In this document: in pieces, positions 20,480-28,822 of the stretch | Numbering within the stretch: position 1 is the first letter of the stretch | Layout of the letters: the number at the start of each line of letters is the position of its first letter | Virus record (IMG/VR): IMGVR_UViG_3300042505_000848 | Length of the DNA: 64,000 nucleotides | Direction: 5' to 3' (one strand) | Source: an uncultured virus (IMG/VR IMGVR_UViG_3300042505_000848) | Lineage: Duplodnaviria; Heunggongvirae; Uroviricota; Caudoviricetes | Notes under the pieces: generated by a model | Databases searched by the model: none | What the model was told of the DNA's origin: nothing | Seen by the model: only the letters and a program-made list of their open reading frames with translations | Program-made: the position numbers and the translations under genes

Positions 20480-21011
20480 TGATTATTCTCCAGTTTATTA
20501 TCTTCCATATATTAGACAAATAGCTTTTTTTATCTGCCTGATAGTCCAATGCCCATGCATGTTCCCACCAATCTACTAATAGCACAATGTCGTTCTTGAT
20601 TTCGTGATTCACAATGGTTTTGATCTTGCCATCCCGAGCCAAGTATACCCATCCGCTGCCCTGTATCTTCATGGCTGTTTTTTCAAATTCTTCTTTGAAC
20701 CGGTCAAAAGTATCAAAGTGTTTTTCTATAAACTGTAAAATAGCATCATAGGGTCTATTAGATCCTTCTGGTTTTTGTAGTTGACCAAAATAGATACTGT
20801 GTAAAAATGCGCCAGCTTCGTTGAAATCGTCATCACCTTCGCCCTTGTTGTAGCGATCAACATAGGCTTTGTATAATGTTCCGTAGTGATAATCTATGGT
20901 TTCTTTGGATTTCACGGGATCGAGATCTTCGCGATCGTATGGCAGTGTCAACTGTATGAGTTTGTCTTTTTTGCCTTCAACAATGAACTTTTGAATGAAA
21001 TTGTATGCCAT
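20454..21011 (-). CDS. Fe/Mn superoxide dismutase (compact form)
   Basis: LPY...TIDYHY, AFLHSIYF, GSGWVYL and DWWEHAW retain the four metal ligands. Start moved to ATG 21011, which lies 5 nt behind TAAATA. Confidence 0.88.
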   Translation of the reverse strand: MAYNFIQKFIVEGKKDKLIQLTLPYDREDLDPVKSKETIDYHYGTLYKAYVDRYNKGEGDDDFNEAGAFLHSIYFGQLQKPEGSNRPYDAILQFIEKHFDTFDRFKEEFEKTAMKIQGSGWVYLARDGKIKTIVNHEIKNDIVLLVDWWEHAWALDYQADKKSYLSNIWKIINWRIINGVLGQSN

Positions 21012-21053
21012 ACATGTATTTACCGCATAAATAACCGACAAGGAGATTTTAAT

Positions 21054-21293
21054 ATGCTAGGATTAATCAAGAAACTTTTTGGCAGTAAGCCAGCCGAACC
21101 TGTTGCAGTTCCCTACAAGGTAGAAACTCCACCAGTCGAAGTCGCACAACCTTCAGTCGAGCCAACAGCAGCAGAAGTTTCTGCTGAAAACAAAGCAGTG
21201 GCAGTGGCAAAAGCCAAACGAGCACCAGCGAAAAAAGCGCCTATTAAGAAAGTAGCAGCGCCGAAGACTCCGCGAAAGCCAAAGGCTCCGTAA
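21054..21293 (+). CDS. Small protein with an amphipathic N-terminus and a Lys/Ala/Pro-rich histone-like tail
   Basis: AGGAG SD before ATG 21054; MLGLIKKLFG...AKAKRAPAKKAPIKKVAAPKTPRKPKAP; TAAATA at 21028-21033. Confidence 0.7.
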   Translation: MLGLIKKLFGSKPAEPVAVPYKVETPPVEVAQPSVEPTAAEVSAENKAVAVAKAKRAPAKKAPIKKVAAPKTPRKPKAP

Positions 21294-22314
21294 CTTTTTT
21301 ATCCTGCTCGTAAAGGGCAAATGAGGCTAAATTCTTGGCCTTGCTTTCACACATGATGTCTGCCCACGGCCTATGTGTCAACGCCCACTCATTGACCGCG
21401 GTATTCCAATAAAAGCCACTGTGTGCTCTTAGTTTGGCTTTTTTGTAACCTGCTTCTAGGAGGGACGGAAGATCGGGGCGGATGTGTCTGGGATGGTCAA
21501 TAAGACAGTCTTCCCGTGAAACACTATAATGTATGACAGGGCGCACACCACGCCAGCTATCGATAACCCTTTTAACACGATCATCATTTGCTTCAATGTA
21601 TTCTCCAGTTTTAATCCAGTGATGATGAATGTCTAGCACCAAGGCACAGTCTTTGACCAATTCAATGCTAGATTCAATACCCCAGGTCATTTCGTCATTT
21701 TCAATGGTAAGGCAGTTGCGAGCCTCGGGTGTCATTTTGCTAAGAGCGTCACGAATACCTTGTGGTCCCAGCTTGCCGGAGATATGCACATTGATCTTGA
21801 AGTCTTGGAATGTTTGACCATATCCCATCCATCGAGCCATGTCCACATGATACTCGAACTCTTCTATACTGCGTTCTACTATGCCCGGGTTAATAGACGC
21901 CAACACGCAAAACTGGCCAGGATGAAAGCTGAGCCTAACATTATTCTTCCTAGCCACATCACCCACACGGGCAAATCCTCTTTCTGCAAAGGCTCTAACA
22001 TCGGGCTGCCGCCAAAACCACTTCCAACTAGGCTCAGTGTATACAGGAAGTATATCACTTGAGAGTCGTACCATTCTAAGATCTTCATCTAATGTTCCTA
22101 CCCTGCTGACTAATTTATAGCAGGCTTCTATGTTTCGTTCCATTAACTCCCAAAGACGCTGTTCTGCTTCTTGAGGATGTTCACGCAACCACCTAACTGT
22201 GGTAGAGCCTGTATTTAAGTCACGATCAACAGCATTGATTTTCATGCCGTTGACTTCGGAAGGATCGTTGATCCATTTGCAGGCAAAGCCTAGACGTCTG
22301 AGTGTAGTGTTCAT
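21244..22314 (-). CDS. uvsE: UV damage endonuclease UvsE/UvdE
   Basis: RLGFACK, RLSSD, RLSFHPGQF, IENDE, LDIHHH, RAHS, MCESKAK motifs. Confidence 0.92.
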   Translation of the reverse strand: MNTTLRRLGFACKWINDPSEVNGMKINAVDRDLNTGSTTVRWLREHPQEAEQRLWELMERNIEACYKLVSRVGTLDEDLRMVRLSSDILPVYTEPSWKWFWRQPDVRAFAERGFARVGDVARKNNVRLSFHPGQFCVLASINPGIVERSIEEFEYHVDMARWMGYGQTFQDFKINVHISGKLGPQGIRDALSKMTPEARNCLTIENDEMTWGIESSIELVKDCALVLDIHHHWIKTGEYIEANDDRVKRVIDSWRGVRPVIHYSVSREDCLIDHPRHIRPDLPSLLEAGYKKAKLRAHSGFYWNTAVNEWALTHRPWADIMCESKAKNLASFALYEQDKKVTEPLAFAESSALLLS

Positions 22315-22320
22315 ACTATA

Positions 22321-22349
22321 AGTATAACATCATCACTGCCAGTTGTCAA
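22321..22349 (-). promoter_or_regulatory. Sigma70-type promoter for uvsE (probably leaderless)
   Basis: TTGACA-17 nt-TATACT, then 6 nt to the ATG. Confidence 0.8.
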
Positions 22350-23139
22350 CTACAAATTTGTCCTGAACATCCTGTGGATTTGGTTCTCCGTGAAACACAG
22401 CTATACTACAATCTGGAGGAGGTCGCACATCGTGTTTCACTGTTTTGAATCGCCGTCCGCCATGTGCAACAGTGAGTTCATCTCTGCTGCGTATTTCCCA
22501 TTTGTAACTCATAATCCATTCTTTGGGCCAAAATATCATTCTATCTTTGGCTATCTTCCAAATCCAATCTTGATCTCCTTGCAGCCGTTGTGCCTCCGAC
22601 GGTTTCGATTTGAATTGATCGTATATATGACCTTGTGTGCCGTGTGTCCATGCCAACACCGAACTGTTGAGATAATTCCAACTGGGGAAAAATTTTCTAT
22701 TGAAATCATGGATACCTATAAAACTGGTAGGATGATATCCAGTGAGCTTATTCATGTTGGCATGTATGACTACATCTAGATCCAGATATAATATTCTTCC
22801 CCTGAGAGGTAATGCAGAATCAAACATGTGAACCTTGTGCCACCAACCTCTAGCATAATTGGCGTTGGGTTGATATATTTTACGAACTCCGGCAATATCA
22901 TGTTGATCGTCGGTGAGACAGGCAAACTCATAAGGCACTGTGAGATGTCTAGACACCATATTACGTAGACGCTCTACATATTCACGACCATATTTGTTAC
23001 CGAATCTCACACACAGCACAGTGATAGGTTCGTTGAGATCCGAAGGCACTACAAGATCGGGATATTCTCCACGTGCTGCCATTTTGGCAGCTCGCTTTTC
23101 AGCCTTGGCTTGTATGCGTTGTTCTTTTGACAATTCCAT
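22333..23139 (-). CDS. Glycosyltransferase (GT-A fold, nucleotide-diphospho-sugar transferase-like)
   Basis: VLCVRFGNKY, CLTD, GWWHK, LYLDLDVVI (DxD), NSSV, GDQDWI, FHGEPNP. Confidence 0.75.
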   Translation of the reverse strand: MELSKEQRIQAKAEKRAAKMAARGEYPDLVVPSDLNEPITVLCVRFGNKYGREYVERLRNMVSRHLTVPYEFACLTDDQHDIAGVRKIYQPNANYARGWWHKVHMFDSALPLRGRILYLDLDVVIHANMNKLTGYHPTSFIGIHDFNRKFFPSWNYLNSSVLAWTHGTQGHIYDQFKSKPSEAQRLQGDQDWIWKIAKDRMIFWPKEWIMSYKWEIRSRDELTVAHGGRRFKTVKHDVRPPPDCSIAVFHGEPNPQDVQDKFVVDNWQ

Positions 23140-23944
23140 CTATGGCTACCAAGTCTTTTAAAATATCACCCAGGTCGTCTAGTTTGATCATATTTGGACC
23201 ATCGCTAGGAGCACTATCAGGATCTTCGTGACATTCCATAAAGACAGCTGCCACTGAACCTGTGGCTATAGCAGCTCTCGCCAGGTATGGGACCATGGTC
23301 CTATCTCCGCCAGATCTTTCTCCCATTCCTCCAGGCTGTTGAACAGAATGTGTGGCATCAAAGACCACTGGATAGCCAGTGCTTGCCATAATAGGTAGGC
23401 TGCGCATATCAACCACAAGATTATTGTATCCATGAGTGTATCCTCTTTCGCATAACATAATGCGTTCGTTTCCAGTTGAAGCAATCTTTGATGCGACGTT
23501 TTTCATATCGTGGGGAGCAAGAAATTGTCCCTTCTTGACATTTATAGCACAGCCTGTAGCACCCGCGGCCAACAATAAGTCAGTTTGTCTACATAAAAAT
23601 GCTGGAATCTGTAGTATGTCAATGCCAGCATCTGCACATTCCTTTGCCTGCCAGCTTTCATGAATGTCTGTCAAAACAGGCACTCCGAACGTATGTTTAA
23701 TCGCATTAAGAACATCAAGTCCTTCTTTGATTCCTACACCACGTTTGGTAGAAATACTAGAACGATTGGCTTTGTCAAAACTGCTTTTGTATATCAAAGG
23801 AATACCTAATAATGCTGTGATAGCAATTAATCTTGCACAAGTATCTTCTGCATGATCTTGACTTTCAATTTGGCAAGGTCCAGCAATTAATACGAACGGA
23901 AGATTGTTACTAACAGAGAGAGAATTAATATTAAATGTATGCAT
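23099..23944 (-). CDS. kdsA: KDO8P synthase (2-dehydro-3-deoxyphosphooctonate aldolase)
   Basis: IAGPCQIES, KSSFDKANRSS, QIPAFLCRQTDL, KKGQFLAP, FDATHSVQQPG, SDGPN. Start set at ATG 23944, 5 nt behind TAAATA. Confidence 0.95.
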   Translation of the reverse strand: MHTFNINSLSVSNNLPFVLIAGPCQIESQDHAEDTCARLIAITALLGIPLIYKSSFDKANRSSISTKRGVGIKEGLDVLNAIKHTFGVPVLTDIHESWQAKECADAGIDILQIPAFLCRQTDLLLAAGATGCAINVKKGQFLAPHDMKNVASKIASTGNERIMLCERGYTHGYNNLVVDMRSLPIMASTGYPVVFDATHSVQQPGGMGERSGGDRTMVPYLARAAIATGSVAAVFMECHEDPDSAPSDGPNMIKLDDLGDILKDLVAIDGIVKRTTHTSQG

Positions 23945-23952
23945 ATAATTAT

Positions 23953-24144
23953 TTACCAATGCCTAATGGTGTTGGCAACAATAAAGCAACAGGTTATAAC
24001 GTGAATGACTACCCAAAAAGTTTTTAAGAATAAAACAATTCGAGCTTCACGTAGAGTGAGGATAGGCACATCTGGCCTATCCTCATCAGTTTGTCCCATT
24101 CTGTGCCCGGTTGCCCGAGCCCATATTTTTTCAAAACTATTCAT
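23953..24144 (-). CDS. Small membrane protein
   Basis: 63 aa; KIWARATG...hydrophobic helix...NTIRHW; coupled to the queD stop. Confidence 0.65.
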   Translation of the reverse strand: MNSFEKIWARATGHRMGQTDEDRPDVPILTLREARIVLFLKTFWVVIHVITCCFIVANTIRHW

Positions 24145-24668
24145 CCTTCGTATATTGCAGAATTACCTGCGTGTTCGAATACTTCGGCAGATTTTAGTTT
24201 AACGCCTACGCCAACAGGATAACGTGCTTCAAAAACACGACCATCAGGATGTGTCCAGCCACGGCCTTCTTGATAAGCAGTTAGAATTTCGTTCATAGTC
24301 TTGTAAACTAGTTCGGCAAACATTTCACAGCCTACACCATCTACAATACGTAGATCGATGATGCCCATGTTTTTAAAACCACCTTGGATTTTGTTTAATT
24401 CTACAAATGTGCCACGTTCTGGATCGTCTTTGCCAATAACTAGTGTATGATCAAATTGCCATTCACTCCATTCTTTGAATGCTTTGAGTCCACCAAAGTC
24501 CATGACCCAGTTGCGATCATCTAAGGTTTCTGATTCAAAGATTAGTTTAATGCCAATGGAGTAACCATGTAGCATAGAACAATGTGAGTGCGTTGAACGC
24601 CATTGTCTAAAACAGCATGACAGCCCTCTGTCGTTGCCGTAAGTTTTTGTTGAAAGATATTTTGCCAT
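24141..24668 (-). CDS. queD: 6-pyruvoyl-tetrahydropterin / 6-carboxytetrahydropterin synthase family (QueD-like)
   Basis: HCSMLHGY, WVMDFGGLK, FDHT, GCEMFAE, EVFEH; AGGAG SD. Confidence 0.85.
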   Translation of the reverse strand: MAKYLSTKTYGNDRGLSCCFRQWRSTHSHCSMLHGYSIGIKLIFESETLDDRNWVMDFGGLKAFKEWSEWQFDHTLVIGKDDPERGTFVELNKIQGGFKNMGIIDLRIVDGVGCEMFAELVYKTMNEILTAYQEGRGWTHPDGRVFEARYPVGVGVKLKSAEVFEHAGNSAIYEG

Positions 24669-24704
24669 CTCTAGTCTCCTTTATATAGGTAGCAAGTTTG
24701 ATGA

Positions 24705-24745
24705 CTGCAGAGTGTTTATAGAGGGATGATGCCATAGAGTCCTCT
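24705..24745 (-). ncRNA. Candidate preQ1-I-like riboswitch in the queD 5' UTR
   Basis: Minus strand reads AGAGG-ACUCUAUGGCAUCAUC-CCUCU-AUAAACACUCUGC: a 5-bp P1 followed by an AUAAA tail, in the same layout as class I preQ1 aptamers, upstream of a preQ0-pathway gene. Confidence 0.55.
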
Positions 24746-24761
24746 TTGTGTGTATTGTAAT

Positions 24762-24790
24762 ATTATATTACATTTCTATTTATAATGCAA
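24762..24790 (-). promoter_or_regulatory. Nested promoters for queD: sigma70-like TTGCAT-17-TATAAT, with a perfect T4 late box TATAAATA (24777-24784) in the spacer
   Basis: Read directly on the minus strand. Confidence 0.65.
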
Positions 24791-25373
24791 TGAATTTCAC
24801 ATTATTTTTCTGCCATTCCGGTGGCATCTGCCAGTCTGGTCTATTATAGATCACAAATGTTGTATCGGGATAATACATGAATACTGCGGCAATTTGATAG
24901 ACCCAATAGCTGGGATCTACTGCCTGTGATCCCACTCTAGCATAGTTCACGGTGCCTTTGTAGATATTATTCACACTGTGATCGATCGGATACAGATCAA
25001 ATCCGATCATTACAACTTCTTCGTGTCCTAACATCGCTGACAATAGCACAGCATAACCGCCACTGCCCCAATGTTCAGCTTGATCCTTTTTCGATTCACC
25101 TCGGGTAGGCACCTCAGGTAGAAGATTGATGTTTTTGTTTTTTCTTATTTTTCTGAAGTAGTGATGCCAATGGTCCCGCACATAGATTTCTGTGTCTTTG
25201 GTATTGGGATTATTTACAGCTTCGTCAGCCATTCTGCGATCGCAACAGACCAAATGATTGACATTTAGATCTCGATGTATGGCATTACATCCTATAAGAA
25301 CATGATCGGTGTATGCGCTGATATCAACGCGGCGTCTACTTTCGCCATTGCCAATTACCAATGCTCGAGGCAT
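24780..25373 (-). CDS. Hypothetical protein with a Rossmann-like sugar-transferase/MptE-like signature
   Basis: ALVIGNGESR, IGCNA, LVCCD, WGSGGYA, MIGFDLY. Confidence 0.55.
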   Translation of the reverse strand: MPRALVIGNGESRRRVDISAYTDHVLIGCNAIHRDLNVNHLVCCDRRMADEAVNNPNTKDTEIYVRDHWHHYFRKIRKNKNINLLPEVPTRGESKKDQAEHWGSGGYAVLLSAMLGHEEVVMIGFDLYPIDHSVNNIYKGTVNYARVGSQAVDPSYWVYQIAAVFMYYPDTTFVIYNRPDWQMPPEWQKNNVKFIAL

Positions 25374-26215
25374 TATTCGATTCTACCGAATCCGTTCCAT
25401 ATTCCAGGGTTGCCTGGCTGAACACATACCCAACCAATTGACTTTCCTGCTTGAGGTGAACTGTTCCATACGATATCGCCTTCGTTAAACGAACCGCTAC
25501 TAGGAGGTTCATTCCCACTAAGATGCAACTTGTCGTTGAATTTTAATGCACCATTTACGTGTAATGTACTACGAGGATCAGGATTGTTGACATTGATGCC
25601 CAGGGAACCTATGATTGTGACCTTGGTATCGCCCACCGTCGGATTGCCTATGATAACATTACCGCCAGCTTTGATTTGGATCCTAGCTGTGTTATCGGTT
25701 CCTAGTTCTAGGTCAGTGTAATTATAAGTGCCAATTCTTGCAGTGTTGGTACCTTCTGCACCTATTACTATATCCACATTTTGATCTATGATATTAACAG
25801 CAGCTTTGGGTTGATCTGTTCCAAGCCCTAATCGATCAGATATACTGTCATAAACTAGATATTGATTTACACTTAATCCGCCATCTACTATCAATCCCTT
25901 GAGACGACCAACTTCTCTTAAACTGCTTTTGGTTACGGTAGGACCTAATTCTTTCTCATCAATTAATTTGATGTTGTTGGTGCTTAGATATTTTCCTTTG
26001 GCAAGATCTATATTTTCAGATATAAAAAATCTATCTGGATCGGAATTAAAAATGAACTGTTTATTATGTCCCTGTCCATTCCACAGTATGCCTTTGCCAT
26101 TGATATCGCCTTTGATGATGATGTAAGGGAATTCAGCAGAGTCAATTTCTTGACCTTCTTGAAATACTTCTTGCAATAGGGTAGTTAGGGCATTTAATTT
26201 TTCTTGGCTTGCCAT
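25373..26215 (-). CDS. Virion fibre-like protein, paralog of the neighbouring gene
   Basis: LGLGTDQP, LGINVNNPDP and GDIVWNSSP...GWVCVQPGNPGIW tail; start set at ATG 26215. Confidence 0.65.
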   Translation of the reverse strand: MASQEKLNALTTLLQEVFQEGQEIDSAEFPYIIIKGDINGKGILWNGQGHNKQFIFNSDPDRFFISENIDLAKGKYLSTNNIKLIDEKELGPTVTKSSLREVGRLKGLIVDGGLSVNQYLVYDSISDRLGLGTDQPKAAVNIIDQNVDIVIGAEGTNTARIGTYNYTDLELGTDNTARIQIKAGGNVIIGNPTVGDTKVTIIGSLGINVNNPDPRSTLHVNGALKFNDKLHLSGNEPPSSGSFNEGDIVWNSSPQAGKSIGWVCVQPGNPGIWNGFGRIE

Positions 26216-26216
26216 G

Positions 26217-27311
26217 TTATGAATTTCCAATTTTACCGAAAGGCGACCATATCCCAGGAGATCCGGTTTGAATGCACACCCAACCCACATAAGAGTTCAT
26301 TCTCGGTTGGATGTTCCATATAATGTCACCTTCGTTATACGATCCATTTGTTGGATAAGTGCTGTCGTATTTTTGCAGTCTATTGTTGAATCTCACTGCG
26401 CCATTTACATGCAGATCAACTTCTGGATCCGGAGTCGAAACCCTTACTGAAAGTTTACCATGTACATGTATTTGGGTAGGAGCCAGTTTGGGATTACCTA
26501 ATATAATATTGCCACTCGACGAGATGATTATTCTTGCAGTGTTGTCAGTGCCTAATTCTAAATTATTACTGGCGTAAGTGCCAATGAATGCTTTTACGGT
26601 GTCTTTGGTGCCGAGAACTATCTCTACTCCGTCATCTAGGATGCTGACAGCTGCGTTAGGATTTTCAGTGCCTAGTCCTAGTCTGCTAGTGTTGGCATCG
26701 AATACCATAAACTGACCCACCGATAATCCGCCATCTACTATCAGTCCATTAAGCCGACCAACTTCTCTGAGATTGCTTTTGGTTATAGTAGGACCTAATT
26801 CTTTCTCATCAATTACTTTGATGTTGTTGACAGTGATGCTTTTGCCTTTGGCAAGATCGATGGATTCAGATGAAAAGAATCTATCCGGACTGGAGTTAAA
26901 TATAAACTGTTTGGTATATCCTTGGCCACTCCAAAGCAGTCCTTTGCCGTCGATGGTATCACCTGAAAACACAATAGGCACATCTTTCTCAAATTTGATA
27001 TCTGCACGTATCTCATCCACCTCTAGAATCTTGGTTTTTAGGGTGCCTGCGACTGTGAGATTATCGATGTTTTCTACGAACAGATTAGTGACAGTGACAC
27101 CATCATTGTTCACTGTTAATTGAGTTTTTACAGCGGTATCTGTGATACCGGTGCTGGCAAAGTTATGTATTTTGCCTCCGGAAATATGATCCCCCGATAG
27201 AGATCGAAATGGCATTTTTCTTGCGATTTCTTTGACATCTGGGGCAGCGGTTTGTGCGATCGAGTTGATCTCATCGCCTAGTGCGGCTAATAAATTATTG
27301 ACATTACTCAT
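26217..27311 (-). CDS. Virion fibre-like protein, paralog of 25373-26215
   Basis: Colinear similarity (GKGLLW.GQG..KQFIFNS.PDRFF.SE.IDLAKGK...ELGPT); TAAATA 7 nt before ATG 27311. Confidence 0.65.
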   Translation of the reverse strand: MSNVNNLLAALGDEINSIAQTAAPDVKEIARKMPFRSLSGDHISGGKIHNFASTGITDTAVKTQLTVNNDGVTVTNLFVENIDNLTVAGTLKTKILEVDEIRADIKFEKDVPIVFSGDTIDGKGLLWSGQGYTKQFIFNSSPDRFFSSESIDLAKGKSITVNNIKVIDEKELGPTITKSNLREVGRLNGLIVDGGLSVGQFMVFDANTSRLGLGTENPNAAVSILDDGVEIVLGTKDTVKAFIGTYASNNLELGTDNTARIIISSSGNIILGNPKLAPTQIHVHGKLSVRVSTPDPEVDLHVNGAVRFNNRLQKYDSTYPTNGSYNEGDIIWNIQPRMNSYVGWVCIQTGSPGIWSPFGKIGNS

Positions 27312-27333
27312 AGTAATGTATTTATCCGCCAAC

Positions 27334-27360
27334 AAAAAAGCGGACCAAAGCCCGCTTTTT
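27334..27360. terminator. Intrinsic terminator, potentially bidirectional
   Basis: AAAAAAGCGG-accaaagc-CCGCTTTTT hairpin flanked by A and T tracts, just downstream of the 27378-28553 gene. Confidence 0.8.
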
Positions 27361-27377
27361 ACTGAGAATCTACTTTG

Positions 27378-28553
27378 TTATTGCACTTTAAGTAGCACAG
27401 TATCTTCGTTGATACGACCGTTGAGTTTGATATCTACGGCCTTGATATCGTCTAGAAACTTGCGTAACTGCACTTTACCTGCAGCCTTGAACTCTTTGAG
27501 CTGTTCTTCGGGCTTGCGCAGAGTTTTCTGCACACTTTTTATTGGATCAAATCCAATAACTGTGGTGCCTTTGACTGCAAGATCGCTGAATTCAGCAGCC
27601 ATATATTTGCCCAATTTGCGTGTTTTGACATTAAAGATCCACAGTTCCTTGGCTCCGATGATGTCTTGTGGGTTGATAGACACTAATTTAAGTTTTTCAT
27701 CCTGCTTGAGATACTTCATCTTGGCCACAACTTTGGCCTTGTCAGTGGGCTTTTTAGCACGAGGCTTTTTATTAACCTTAGCCTCTTGTGCTAGCATATC
27801 ACAGGCTGCAAGAATTTCGCTATAGAACAGCGTGATCTTCTTTAGATTGGCCTTGCTCAAATGACTATAACCTTCTTTCAATTGCTCGTCTTTGGTAGTG
27901 GCTGCTTCCACTAATTCGTCATAGTTTCGACTGTATAGTGTTTTAATGATTCGAGCGTGAGCGGCCTTGGCTTGGCGTCCACGTAGAAGATTTAGAAGTT
28001 TAAATGCTTTTGGATCAAATGCATCTGGATCTGTTTGAAAAGCTTCAATAGCATCTTCAATCTCTTCAGTCATGCCTATTGCAACTTCACGCAGTCGTTC
28101 TTGGATGCTAGGAGTACACACTGCGGGTTTGACCTCCACTGCACCTTCTTCGAGTTCAACTTCGTCATGTTTACCTTCTTCGATGATCTTAGCAATGGCT
28201 TTGCTTAACCATTCTGCGGTATTACGGCCCTCGTTGAAGTCTGCTCTTACTGCTGGCATACCTTTGAGTAAGTTGGCAGCAATGGCACCTACGGTCGTGC
28301 CGCATCGATTGTCTTTGGTATCTTTGAATGCTTTAATAACATCTTTTGGATAGTTCTGGCTGCTCATCCAATTAATAACTTTGGGTTTGAGTTCTTTGCC
28401 GCTGGTTTCCAAACGATAATAACTCATAGCCATCCGGAAATGTCGACTGAACTGGTCAGCAGTCATGATCTCGTGGTCGTCCCATTTTGGACTTAGATCA
28501 CGTCCTTTGTTTTGGCGGATATCGATACTTGCTTTTTTCAGTTTGGTTACCAT
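27378..28553 (-). CDS. Phage hypothetical protein (basic, helical)
   Basis: Long ORF; AGGAG SD before ATG 28553; has its own consensus promoter and terminator; C-terminus KTLRKPEEQL...NGRINEDTVLL. Confidence 0.8.
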   Translation of the reverse strand: MVTKLKKASIDIRQNKGRDLSPKWDDHEIMTADQFSRHFRMAMSYYRLETSGKELKPKVINWMSSQNYPKDVIKAFKDTKDNRCGTTVGAIAANLLKGMPAVRADFNEGRNTAEWLSKAIAKIIEEGKHDEVELEEGAVEVKPAVCTPSIQERLREVAIGMTEEIEDAIEAFQTDPDAFDPKAFKLLNLLRGRQAKAAHARIIKTLYSRNYDELVEAATTKDEQLKEGYSHLSKANLKKITLFYSEILAACDMLAQEAKVNKKPRAKKPTDKAKVVAKMKYLKQDEKLKLVSINPQDIIGAKELWIFNVKTRKLGKYMAAEFSDLAVKGTTVIGFDPIKSVQKTLRKPEEQLKEFKAAGKVQLRKFLDDIKAVDIKLNGRINEDTVLLKVQ

Positions 28554-28584
28554 AGAGTCACTCCTGTTGTTAAACAATACATAT

Positions 28585-28613
28585 ATTATAGCACCAAATG
28601 ATGAACATGTCAA
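28585..28613 (-). promoter_or_regulatory. Consensus sigma70 (early) promoter
   Basis: TTGACA-17 nt-TATAAT. Confidence 0.85.
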
Positions 28614-28804
28614 CCATGATTAAATCGTTTGATTTCATGTAGGTCTCCGTTTTCATCTTCTTGGTAGACCACAGCTTCTGTAATTCCTAATCCAAGATTG
28701 GCTTCTGCTATTTCCAATGCTTCTTTTCTACTGCTGGTGGTTTCTACCAATTCTTCGTGACCGGCCTCATCCACTGCCCAAACTTCGTAAAGTTCAAAGT
28801 TCAT
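28610..28804 (-). CDS. Hypothetical acidic protein (64 aa)
   Basis: AAGGAG SD; fits the minus-strand gene run. Confidence 0.7.
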   Translation of the reverse strand: MNFELYEVWAVDEAGHEELVETTSSRKEALEIAEANLGLGITEAVVYQEDENGDLHEIKRFNHG

Positions 28805-28822
28805 GATACTAACACAATCTCC

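Noticed and set aside
20886..21053. N-terminal extensions given in the ORF track (also 25373, 27378, 31867, 46426, 47096, 47790, 48853 ORFs)
   Set aside because: They run into neighbouring genes or promoters; downstream ATGs with an SD, TAAATA box or translational coupling are better starts.
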